Assembly (NCBI RefSeq): GCF_006345805.1
Contig: NC_042997.1
Location: 147,002,001-147,066,000 of the forward strand
Origin: Octopus sinensis
Lineage: Eukaryota
DNA length: 64,000 bases
Reading direction: 5' to 3'
In this document: piece by piece, positions 51,564 to 62,916 of the stretch
How the letters are laid out: every line of letters begins with the position of its first letter
Numbering within the stretch: position 1 is the stretch's first letter
The notes under the pieces: generated by a model
Database searches by the model: none
Seen by the model: only the letters and a program-made list of their open reading frames with translations
Told to the model about the DNA's origin: nothing
Position numbers and translations under genes: made by a program

Positions 51564-51748
51564 GTTGTTGTTGTTATTATTATTATTATCATTTTTTAAT
51601 TTGAATTTTTGTTACAATCACTTGCCGAGACACACCCAGTGAAGGATAAGAGATGTTACACAGTTCTATATTCAAGAGATGAGGAATTATGTACATTATT
51701 TACATTATTAACATTTGGTGGATATTTGTCCTCATATTGTCTGTTGTT

Positions 51749-51794
51749 AACACAACGTTTCGGCCGATATACCATCCAGCCTTCATCAGGTATC
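51749..51794 (-). ncRNA. Type-I minimal hammerhead ribozyme with canonical core
   Basis: GAUAC-CUGAUGA-A-GGCUGG(auggUAua)UCGGCC-GAAAC-GU-U-GUGUU. Stem I is 5 bp, stem II is 6 bp, and stem III is a zero-loop AACGUU palindrome. Confidence 0.8.
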
Positions 51795-51843
51795 TTGGGG
51801 AATTTCGAACATGGGTTCTCATTCGTACGGTATTTTACTCCAA

Positions 51844-51889
51844 GATACCTGATGAAGTCTGGAGGGTATATCTGCCGAAACGTTGCGTT
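51844..51889 (+). ncRNA. Mirror-copy hammerhead motif with a canonical core but mismatched stems
   Basis: gatacCTGATGAagtctggagggtatatctgccGAAACgttgcgtt. Confidence 0.6.
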
Positions 51890-52395
51890 AGCAACAAACG
51901 AGATGAGGACAAATATCCGTCAAATGTAAATAGTGTAAATAATGAAGAGATGTTACAGTTTGACTGAAAGCTTGGGGAGGAGAAGTGGCAGGGACAGTAG
52001 CGAAATATCTTTATGTAATATTACACAGACATTTAAATTGATAGGGTTTTTCTAAGGATGTGGTCAGTACTTGTCAGCAAAATCTTTTGGATTTCTGTGA
52101 GACATGGTTCTCCTGGGATCTTATCTAGATGTTTCTGACATTCCTTTTTTTTTTATCATACCTAGGTGCTCCTACAATAACAAGAACAGTTCTCGCTTTA
52201 AGATGCTACATCTTTTGTATTTCAATTTCCAGCTCCTTATATTCACTTAATTTGTCAAATTCCTTTACAGATCTATTTTTATCAGAGGAGGCACTTACAT
52301 CTATTAGTCTACAAGTATTTTCTTCCCAGTCTTTAATAATTATGTCTGGTCGTTTAGCCTGGGTCATTCTGTTGACTGGAAAATCTCAGTATCAC

Positions 52396-52453
<58 letters not shown>

Positions 52454-52954
52454 GTTGTTGTTTTTGTTGTTGTTCTTTTACTTCTCAGAGCTCTCTGTCT
52501 TGTTTGCTCTATAGATTCTGTGAGAGCGGACAGCAGCCTGCTGTCAGAGGTCTCACAGTCTTTCTGGGATTATATGAATTTTCTCCAGCTGAAGATGTTT
52601 CCTTTTCTTTTGATTATCTTGTAAACAGGTAATGACGGGATATTGTCACGTCTAGTTTAAAACCTGAGCTTGTCAACAAGTATGTTCTAAACAGCTTTTT
52701 TACTGCAACTTGTCGTGTTTGGAATAGTCTTAAATATGGATTTGTTTATTAGAGGAACAGTAAGAATTCGTAACCAGAAAGGGCGTATCGCTAAATACAA
52801 TATATAAAAGTGAAAAGAACAGATCATTGAACATATGGCGAGGAACCAAAGTTAAAAAAAAAAAATTCAAATGAGTTTTACAGCAAAACTCAAGCATTTT
52901 AAAAGAAACAAACAACGGTATTTCTATAGAAAATGCTAATCTGAATAATTCGCA

Positions 52955-53310
52955 GACATGGCTGTGTGGTAAGAAGCTTCTCCCCAACCATGTCGTTCTG
53001 GGTTCAGTCCCACTGCGTGACACCTTGGGCAAGTGTCTTCTACTATAGCTTGGTGATTGGATTTGGTAGACGGAAATTGAAAGAAGCCCGTCGTATATAT
53101 ATATAGATGTATATATTTATGTGTGTGTGTGTGTGTGTGTGTGCTTGTTCTCCCACCATCGCTTGACAACCGATGTTGGTGTGTTTACGTCTCAGTAACT
53201 TAGCGGTTCGGTAAAAGGGCCTGCTAGAATAAATACTAGGCTTACAAAGAATAAGTCCTGGGGTTGATTTGTTCAATTAAAGGCAGTACTCCAGCATGGC
53301 CACATTCTAA
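52955..53310 (+). mobile_element. SINE family B copy
   Basis: Head catggctgtgtggtaagaagc, B-box-like gggttcagtccc and the family-B 3' body. Confidence 0.88.
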
Positions 53311-53672
53311 CGACACATTTGGAAACACGGCAACAACTCAGATCTCATTCACATCTTGCTAAAAGAAAATTATTCTGATATTCTTAATATCAATAATAAA
53401 GGGAGAAATATCTACTTGGATCCTATTAAGAAACTCCAGATATAGGCTAGCTAACCGAGAGAACAATTGTTTGATACACTATATAACAAAAACAAGTGCA
53501 CGTTTGCCTGAAGTCACTACAGACTACGGGAAATAAGGGAAATGACTTAGTGGACGTATAAAGTTACAGGGGATTGTTGGCTCTTCAAAGAAAAATTGGC
53601 GTTAGCTCTGGCCGATATCTGGGGCGAGATCTTCTCTGTCGAGAGGAACGAGTAGTATGGAACTCTCTCTCT

Positions 53673-53720
<48 letters not shown>

Positions 53721-54219
53721 ACATATATACTAACACAAACACGCATACGCACAGAAACATACACACACATTGCGAGAGAATGCGCGTGGTCTAGCTGCCA
53801 AGATGTTGGATTCAGGATCGTGCGTTTGATTCCTAGACCGAACAGCACGTGGTTTTCTTGAGCAAGTTACTTTACATCACTTTGTTCCAGTCTTCTCACT
53901 TGAAAATCCAGTTTTCTCCCCCATCTCCCTGTCATATCCTTGATGTTCCACTTAGTGGAACGTGAGAGCCGAAAGTGTGTCTACATCTGTTCTTAACTAC
54001 AACGGCACATGAAACACTTAGCGAAAACATGGTACCAGCTATCAAGTCATACTTGTTTGTGCTTGACGTCTATAAATTATACATCCTGATAATACAAAGG
54101 ACGGGATGAAGAGCTAAATTGAGCAGGTGCGTGACATAACTGCTCCCATGCTAATTTCTCAAAATACGAGGAAAAAAATATGTCATCGTGAAAGCCATTA
54201 TCGGTTCTTTGTCACTATT

Positions 54220-54624
54220 TATTTCTTTATTACCCACAAGGGGCTAAACACAGAGGGGACAAGCAAGGACAGACAAACAGATTAAGTCGATTATATCGAC
54301 CCCAGTGCGCAACTGGTACTTATTTAATCGACCCCGAAAGGATGAACGGCAAAGTCGATCTCGGCGGAATTTGAACTCAGAACGTAGCGGCAGACAAAAT
54401 ACCTATTTCTTTATTACCCACAAGGGGCTAAACATAGAGGGGACAAGCAAGGACAGACAAACGGATTAAGTCGATTATGTCGACCCCAGTGCGCAACTGG
54501 TACTTAATTTATCGACCCCGAAAGGATGAAAGGCAAAGTCGGCCTTAGCGGAATTTGAACTCAGAACGTAGCGGCAGACAAAATACCGCTAAGCATTTCG
54601 CCCGATGTGCTAACGATCCCGCCT
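54220..54624 (-). mobile_element. SINE family A dimer: one head plus two 184-bp body units
   Basis: Units 54220-54403 and 54404-54587, with the same junction as at 32917 and 33100. Confidence 0.9.
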
Positions 54625-55541
54625 TTGTCCCTATTGCAATACGATATATGGTGCTGGTGAGCACTGAAATGAGCGTTAACGAAATGTTTGCAAGTGGAGA
54701 CCCTTTGGACATGACTTCCGAAAACGACAAAACGATTCCGGAATTATGTCCTGTAGTTGGGGTGGAGAGGAAGAGCATTAAGATTGGCTGTGCAATGAGC
54801 AAAGTACAACTGTTTCAAACGTGGAAGACTTAGTGAGTTTAAGAAAAGGGACAGCATAAACAGTAACAGCAGGTCACGAGGGAGGCTGGTCTTAGGGCAC
54901 CACCACTCGCAACTGTGGAAGATATCGCCTCTTCCTCTGTTCCAAAAGCTATCCAGGAAGTCGACAAGGAAACCATAGTTCCCTCCTCATAGCAGTACCA
55001 ATACTTTGTATTATGATGATGGCTATGAAATGGAAAACGGAGAAGGAGGTGGCCAGTTGGGAGCAGATTGTCGGGGGAAGCTAGAAAAATGTAATGTAAA
55101 AATAAAAAAATATACAATGAGCTTCCGCATAGTTTTCGCCTAGCAACTTTCGTGAAGGCACTTGCTTAAAGTGCTATGCAGTATGACGCAAACTAGAATA
55201 AGCATTATTACACATACAATCATTTCAAGTTTGCCCTACAAATCTTTAAGTTTCTCAAAAATTGTTATGGAAATAATGCAATTTTTTTTTTGTAAATTTG
55301 TAGTTAGTTTGGCATCGAAAAGATAACGAATTAAGCATCAATTTAGAACAAAATGTTATTGAAAATATTTTATTGTTCACTTTCAACTTGCATATAGATT
55401 ATTGGTTTCGAAATTTTGAAAAGGAAATCAAACAACACGTTAAAAGAATTACACCTCCTTATATATATATAAATATAAATACATACATATAAACACACAC
55501 ACACATGCACACACACATGCACACACATACGCACACGCATG

Positions 55542-55580
<39 letters not shown>

Positions 55581-55648
55581 ATACATTTATGAGGATAGTA
55601 TCTCACTGATATGAAAAACACAATGAACAAACATACATGCATTTTTAC

Positions 55649-55756
<108 letters not shown>

Positions 55757-56061
55757 GTCCATCCGGTAGATCATTACATATGGAGTATAGTGAGCTGAAT
55801 TACTTCGATTAAGAGCGATTATCCTTTTAAGTGCCCTTCCACCTTATTACTCCTTAGTGAAATATATTCACCTCATTTAGCTGGGCTAAGTAGCGATCAT
55901 TTATGTAAAGAGAGGAAAAATGACAACACTTATGAATAAAATAGGATTAAGTGAAAGTATTGGCTTGTCAGATGAACTCCTTCGCTTTTTTCCCATTTAT
56001 TTTGCCATCTTTATTTTTTGCAAGCAGTTTTAACAATTCGGTTAGTTATACATTCTTCATC

Positions 56062-56654
56062 ATTACCTCCGCATTAGCGAAAGCGGAGGTATTGTTTTCA
56101 GTTGTTTGTTTGTTTGTTTGTCCGTGGACAAGATATCTGAAGAACCGCTGGATGGATTCGGATGAACTTTCAGGGATGTTTGACTTCGTGACTGGCACGA
56201 ATTGATTAGATTTTGGGATCGATCCAGTACCGGACAAGGATTCTAGATTATTTGTTACATTTATTTTACATGATTACGATCTTACGTTAACTTTCAAGTC
56301 TTTCTCGGTTATCTCCTTTTAGGCTGTAACTATTTTGAATGGTGAATTTGTTAACTTTGGTTTGTTTTAGATGAGGATAAAATATTTATTACTGTTACTA
56401 AATTTTCTACAGCCACCTTCACATTCCATGACTACCAGTGGGATCGATCAGGTGCCGGACAAGGATTCTGGATTATTTTTCCGGGGTTTTTACTTAATTT
56501 TTGAGAGCGGTCGAGTTCATTTTTAGTATTCTCGTTTATGAGAGCAGTCGAGTTTATTTCAGATATTCTCATTTCAAAAATCATCTCTGGCTAATCGTTG
56601 AGAGGACGTTGGTGTTGCATTGGCAGAGGTTTGCACTCTCTGAGTGTTCTTGTT
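56062..56654 (+). mobile_element. Helentron-associated (HINE/DINE-1-like) non-autonomous rolling-circle element
   Basis: 5' hairpin tacctccgc..gcggaggta (56064-56091) followed by (TTTG)n. An internal repeat of about 39 bp (gggatcgatc...ggacaaggattct.gattattt) occurs twice. The 3' end has gcagaggt plus the hairpin gcactc-tct-gagtg, then ttcttgtt. Confidence 0.7.
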
Positions 56655-57099
56655 GATCATGATTTCTTGCTAATTATGATTTATTGTCAATGCCTTGAAG
56701 ATAGAGATTACAGATCCTGGCTCGAATCATTTTCATCGAACTATATATTTCAGCTCTTTGTTGTTGAACGAAAGTCTTCGAAGGCTGTCAGAAAACGACT
56801 GAAAAAGACGATAATCTGAAGGCATTGTATCAGGAGAATATGTTGGGTGCAGCAGAACTTTTCAACCGAGCTCTTGAATAGCATTTTTTGCCAAATTAGC
56901 GCCGCGAAGGCTAGCGCTGCCGTATTGCATCGAGGTTTTGGACCTTACTCATCGAGTGAATATGATGGGCAACTGCATCATGAAAGCGGCCCATCTGACG
57001 GACCAATTCTGAAATGAACTGGGGCGGTTCCACATGAATCGATCCTCGTTGAAGTGAATTGGTCAGCCGAAACGTGGAGAGTCTGTGAGGTTAATTTTT

Positions 57100-57290
57100 T
57101 TCCCCTACTTGTAGCATGAAAACCATTTCTGTCCATTTCTTTCTAACAACAGTTCCATATCCATACACAACTTTGGCAGCTTTGGAACCTTGATTAAAAG
57201 CGAAGAGAAGTAGGCATTGAAAATGCTCATTTTTTTTTCTACTCGGTATTCTATTATCATATGTATGAAAAGAGATAAAATACATTCATA
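57100..57290 (-). mobile_element. Degenerate mariner transposase N-terminal fragment
   Basis: KKNEHFQCLLLFAFNQGSKAAK..VYG resembles the EHFRHILLF.F.KG.NA..VYG start of mariner transposases. Confidence 0.55.
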
Positions 57291-57625
57291 TTTAGAAAAC
57301 AACAAACAAGAGTTGTATTGGAAGAGCAACAAAGAAAGACAAAAAGCACCCCCCCCCCCGCAAAAAAATCTACGAAACACTACGATAAAAATATTTTTCG
57401 TGTTAATTCAAATAACATCATAAGAAACAAACGAATTTATCTGACAACCCAATACCTCAGATGAGAGTTCAGTAAGATAAATACACAAGTAGTGTGTTCT
57501 TAGATATGATACATAGCAGGGAAGGCTATTTGGTTAAAATGTTTGTTTTGCACTCACGAGGTCTGGTTCGATCCCATTGCGTGGAAGCCCATACATATAT
57601 GTTAGTATACATAAACACACACACA

Positions 57626-57691
<66 letters not shown>

Positions 57692-57792
57692 ATATATATA
57701 GGGAGAATTCAGCAAAACAACTACAGGCGAAGACACAGGTGGTATAGAAAACAAACAGATGTATTAATACAACGCTCGGGAATTGAAAAAGT

Positions 57793-57828
57793 CTTTAACG
57801 TTTCGAGCCTACGCTCTTCCACAGAAAG
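57793..57828 (-). ncRNA. Hammerhead-like motif with an A6U core deviation
   Basis: CUUU-CUGUGGA-A-GAGC(guag)GCUC-GAAAC-GU-U-AAAG. Confidence 0.5.
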
Positions 57829-57846
57829 GAACACAGAAAGAAAGAA

Positions 57847-57930
<84 letters not shown>

Positions 57931-58107
57931 TGTGTGTGTGAGTATGTGTGCGTATTTATAAAGACAAGTTTATATCGTTCCCTACTGACGTTCGGCATTG
58001 TGGTTATTTGCAAACTCTGCATTGTATGTTTCAAGTACAACTGGATGCTGAACCACACCAACCAGCAAGGTAACACTTTATTGCATTGTGTTACTAAGAT
58101 CAGTATA

Positions 58108-58332
58108 CAGGGTGGCTCAAAGGTAGTTTTACTGTTAACACGGAGGCACTTTAGATTACTTTTACATTTTAATACATTTAGATTTCTATCTTATAAACTG
58201 AAAAAGGAGTTTGAAAGAATTAACTAAATTAGCTTAGAATAATAGTTTCATGTTTTTTTTTTATAATTAAGACCTAAACTGAATGTGAAAGAAATAGTTG
58301 AAGAGCTGTAAACCTACTTTTGGGCCGCCCTG
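58108..58332. mobile_element. Tc1/mariner-type MITE (225 bp) with TIRs of about 25 bp and TA duplication
   Basis: TA|cagggtggctcaaaggtagtttta ... taaacctacttttgggccgccctg|TA. Confidence 0.88.
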
Positions 58333-58438
58333 TATTATAGATGTCCTATTTTTCAGATTGACACTCGGCTAACTACTGGTGAAACTTTGAAGTCACTATC
58401 AATACAATTATATACAAACAAATATATGTATATTTGAG

Positions 58439-58566
<128 letters not shown>

Positions 58567-58588
58567 ATGTTACATTACTCGGTAATCA

Positions 58589-58651
58589 AGATAAAACTCT
58601 GAGTTTCAGATGCCGAAGTGGAAATCCACAACAACATCTCTTCGGTTATCT
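58589..58651 (-). ncRNA. Hammerhead-like motif with a U4C core deviation
   Basis: AGAUAA-CCGAAGA-GAUG...CAUC-U-GAAAC-ucaga-GU-U-UUAUCU, with a perfect 6-bp stem I. Confidence 0.5.
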
Positions 58652-58905
58652 GGCTATTTGAAAACGTTATGAAAAAATACCGTTAAATAAAGGGAAATTA
58701 CTCTGTTATAACTCTTCTTGCCTGCATACTTATACATCTCTCGCATTTTTCGTCATAAAAATTATATAAAAATACATAAAAAATATATAAAAAATATATA
58801 AAAATATATAAATTCTTCTTGGGACATAACATAGAAAGCATGTTCTATCTGTTTTCTTTAGGGGACCAAAAACGTAACAGAAACTTTTTGCCCTTATTTT
58901 ATAAG

Positions 58906-58945
<40 letters not shown>

Positions 58946-59087
58946 ACTAATGTAGGATAAAATTTTTTCCGAAAAAAATTTTTATCAATGGGCAGCATAT
59001 CAAAAAATACCTTTAAAGGTTAAATTTATAAATATCTTATAAAATAAGAGCAAAAGAAAAATTCTGATGTCAAATATGCCGAAAAAA

Positions 59088-59252
59088 ACAAAATTGTCAA
59101 TAACCATTATAATTTATGCATCTCGAAACATGCCGTTATTACCGTATTGGCCCCAATTTCGGGGGACCAATACGGTAATAACGGAATTTTTTAGAAATTT
59201 CTATCGGCATGTTTCGAGATGCATAAATTATAATGGTTATTGACAATTTTGT
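59088..59252. repeat. Nested hairpin: perfect 48-bp inverted repeat enclosing an 18-bp perfect inverted repeat
   Basis: 59088-59135 pairs with 59205-59252, and 59133-59150 pairs with 59167-59184. Confidence 0.95.
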
Positions 59253-59256
59253 CTAG

Positions 59257-59291
<35 letters not shown>

Positions 59292-59330
59292 TAAAAAATG
59301 GAGTTAACGCAGGTTTAAACAAGTATTTTT

Positions 59331-59416
59331 ACTTTCTACACATGTTTCGAAAATTCCACTGATACTATTCAAAAGAATAAATGGTATAAACAATGCAATC
59401 TTCTCTTCGGGAAAGT
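59331..59416 (-). ncRNA. Hammerhead-like motif with a U4C core deviation and a long loop II
   Basis: ACUUUC-CCGAAGA-GAAGAUU(41 nt)AAUUUUC-GAAAC-augu-GU-A-GAAAGU. Confidence 0.55.
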
Positions 59417-59539
59417 GAAAAAAACGAAACTCGTCAATACGACATTTTAGCAAAAAATGATGGATTTGTATAGCGATAGACAGAACGCTATTTATATTGT
59501 TTTTCCATGTTAATTGTTAACAAGGTAAAAATACACTCA

Positions 59540-59609
<70 letters not shown>

Positions 59610-59812
59610 ATGTGTGTGTGTATGTATGTATGTATGTGTGTATGTATGTATGCATGCATGTATGTATGTATGTATGTATGTATGCATGCGTGTATGTATG
59701 TATGTATGTATGTATGTATGTATGTGTGTATGTGTGTATGTATGTATGTATGTATGCATGTATGTATGTATGTATGTGTGTATGTATGTATGTATGTATG
59801 TATGTATATACA

Positions 59813-60067
59813 CTCAAATTAAGGGAGTGGATCAGGTAAAATCCAGGCTATATATATTTCCTTGCTAGCAGATCCTCGGAAGCAATAATTACTCAACGAG
59901 GAGTACTCCACGAGACATTCATGAGGCCGAAGTTAACCTTACTTATATGAAGTCTGATGAGTAGCAAATGCACCACCCCTCGTTGAGTAAATATTACTTC
60001 CGAGGATCTGCTAAATTAGAAAGATATGTAGCCTGGATTTTACCTGTTTCACTCCCTTAATTTGGAG
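59813..60067. mobile_element. Foldback MITE (about 255 bp) with TIRs of about 90 bp
   Basis: ctcaaattaagggagtggatcaggtaaaatccaggct...cagatcctcggaagcaataattactcaacgagg pairs with cctcgttgagtaaatattacttccgaggatctg...agcctggattttacctgtttcactcccttaatttggag. Confidence 0.88.
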
Positions 60068-60341
60068 TTTCATTTGCATTCACAGCAGCCGTAGTTGCTA
60101 ACCGTGCACTATATAAAAAAAAGAAAAACATTTTACGTCAATAAACTATTATTGTTCCTGAAAGTTGTTTTTTATATCTACCATTAATTGCTAGAAGCTT
60201 ACTAACTTGCTACACCTAGATCCTTGGATCTTACAATTACATATCAATAACACACACACGCACGCACGCACATATATACATCTACATAAATAGAAGCGTA
60301 TATGCATATATGCATACGTTTGCGCGTGTGCGTGCGTGTGT

Positions 60342-61287
60342 GTGTTTCTTACTTTCTGTGTGTGCAGACAGAAAAGTCTAATAGCGATTAATATATAAAT
60401 ATATGTACACACACACACACTCACATACACAAACACACACGCATATATACATTTATGTTACATTACAGATATATATATATATATAAGCATATGTTTGACG
60501 GTATTTCGTATTTCGTTCACACACGGATTTCGTCGACTCTAAGTCACGGTAGGAAACACCATATTACCCAATGCATCACATGGTCATCAAAATGTTGCAT
60601 TGCAAAAAAAAAAGCCTTCTCAAGAAATGAACAAATGCATCTTAGCATCGTTGTTTTGGAAACAACATTATAGTCTGTTGCAGCAATAATAACAACAAAG
60701 AATACAACAATAAGAAAATTAGTTAAAAAACATATAACAACAACAAAGATTAAAAAAAATGTAAAATTGTGTAAAAAAAAACACTGTGATAAATAAACAA
60801 ATAAAGGATGATAAATTAGCGTAGAATAATTAAACAGAGAAAAATAGTGAGAGAATAATTATTATTTTACCCCTGATTTTTCAATTATTTCGGAGAGATA
60901 CACACGCACACGCGCATATACACACTCGTATGTATACATGCACATATATACACACACACATACACAAACACATAGACATATATTTATTTATTTATTTATT
61001 TAGATATTATCTTTTAATATATCATTCACATATTTTAAAATCAATTTAGAACATATTAATGTAATTATACATATGGACCCAGCCACCTACCCACTCAAAT
61101 AAACACACACACACAAACACACACACACGCGCGCATACACATGCCGACGTATATACATGTGTATTAGCATTTTCAGGTGTACAGAGATTTTGATATGTGT
61201 GTATATTTCTACATACAGACGCGCAACACTTTCTCACATACATATACACAAAAATACATATGCACTTATATCTCCAAGCACACACAA

Positions 61288-61337
<50 letters not shown>

Positions 61338-61404
61338 GCACATATATACATACACACACACACGCATATATATATACATACACTCACACATATATATGCC
61401 TATG

Positions 61405-61465
<61 letters not shown>

Positions 61466-61579
61466 TATATATATGTAATGTAACATAAATGTATATATGC
61501 GTGTGTGTTAGTGTATATATTTATATATTAATCATTATTAAACTTGTCTGTCTGCACACACAGAAAGTAAGAAACACTG
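60342..61579. mobile_element. Possible 1.2-kb non-autonomous element defined by inverted ends of about 67 bp, with a microsatellite-filled interior
   Basis: gtgtttcttactttctgtgtgtgcagacagaaaagtctaatagcgattaatatataaat (60342-60410) pairs with 61511-61577. The right end reads CAGTGTTTC, which is hAT-like. Confidence 0.6.
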
Positions 61580-62514
61580 GTGCCACCAAACTTTAAACTT
61601 GATATTAATTGGAATGTCATTTTCGTTAGAAATATTTCTGATTATCGCAATGTTGTTGTTGAACGCTAAACTGTCTATAATTCAGATGGAATAACATTGG
61701 TACTGTCAATAGTTCCACGATAAGTTGCCTATGGTTATTGCATTTCTGAAATATTTGAAAATTTATATTCAAAAGTTGTTGATGATTTTTCTTTTATTTG
61801 TTGTTTGTACTGTTGCAGTTAAGGTTTTAGGACTCAAAGTTACTTGTTGTTATCCACTTCTAAATCTGTAAGTATTTTTAGAACATAAAGTTTCTTGAAT
61901 AGAGAAAGCAGGTTTCCAGATCAAAGCAAAGCTCAGCATTTTTGTTGGAAGAGACTTAGTAAGTTAATTACTGGTATTTGACTTGTATTTTATCGTAATG
62001 TTCCGTAAAGAATTAGTGACAAAGGGGGCCTGAGCAGCATTTGAATCCGTTTGAATTTCAGGAGAGGAAATAAAATATCGAAAAGAAATTTTCCTATACC
62101 GTACTGACTGTGCCAAACGACTACTTTGATCTAGATTTGGAACATAGACCCAAAGCCACAATTTATGGGGAGCAGAGACAATAGAGGTAATACAGAAGGG
62201 AGACATGGTGTGGATGTAGTGACTGATGAAGGAGTGAGGAAATGTGCTTACTCTGAAGACACAGCTTTCATGAGGTGTCTGATAATTGCGTTATCCACGA
62301 CCGGCATTTCAATTACATTTTTCACGACCTGTATGAAAACAAGTTTGAAGATTTTCTAGCAAATGAAAAGGTCGTCTATTTCAAAGTACCACTTCACTTA
62401 GCGATAACGAATAAGACTTAGCATTATCATTTTATAAATAATTAATCTAGGTTTTAAGAAGATAAGTAGGTACAGGAAGAATATAAGAAATAGAAGCACG
62501 ACCAGGTTGTAAAA

Positions 62515-62905
62515 GTTGTTACCCAGGAAACTGTGCCAGAAATGAGGATTTGAAGCTGGAAATACATGGAACAATCATCGAGTCGAAATCAGAAAATAAT
62601 AGATCAGATATTACAATCATAGATAAAGAAAGGTTCAGTTGCTTACTTTTCGATCCATCGTGTCCATTTGATTCTAGGATCGTAACGAAAGAAAAACAAA
62701 AACAAAGAAAATACAATCCCCATAAATTTGAAATAGGAAGAATTTGAAGCATGCCTATAATAACTGGTGCGTTGAGGACAGTAAGCCAGGATATAGACAA
62801 AAGGGTGAAGGAGATTGAAATAGAATGCTCGGTAGAGCTCCTACAGAAAGTTTGCCTCTTAGGGACAGCAAGGACTATCAGGATTATCAGGAGAGTTCTT
62901 GCCGA
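62515..62905 (+). mobile_element. Short, old R4/Dong-clade 3' fragment (restriction-like endonuclease)
   Basis: NNRSDITIIDKERFSCLLFDPSCPFDSRIVTKEK..KY...FEIGRI*..PIITGALRTV...LQKVCLLGTAR.IRRVL. Confidence 0.78.
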
Positions 62906-62916
62906 AAACTTGTCTT

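Larger units (their letters stand above)
51661..51944. mobile_element. Palindromic non-autonomous element carrying two hammerhead motifs on opposite strands, flanked by a 13-bp TSD
   Basis: Arms about 51695-51800 and 51838-51944 are reverse complements. The direct repeat aagagatgttaca lies at 51648-51660 and 51945-51957. Confidence 0.88.

Noticed and set aside
54630-55100. GC-richer island with ORFs 54555-54833 and 54839-55117
   Set aside because: The first ORF begins inside a SINE and neither translation resembles a known family. It may be an old unrecognised repeat.
56990-57082. ctgacgga-ccaattc...gaattgg-tcagcc-gaaacgt as a hammerhead
   Set aside because: The core deviates at position 9, an unpaired 6-nt insert precedes GAAAC, and the CUGA pairs with that insert. 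It is only a hairpin.
59945-59980. CTGATGAG inside the foldback MITE as a hammerhead
   Set aside because: No stem II followed by GAAA downstream.
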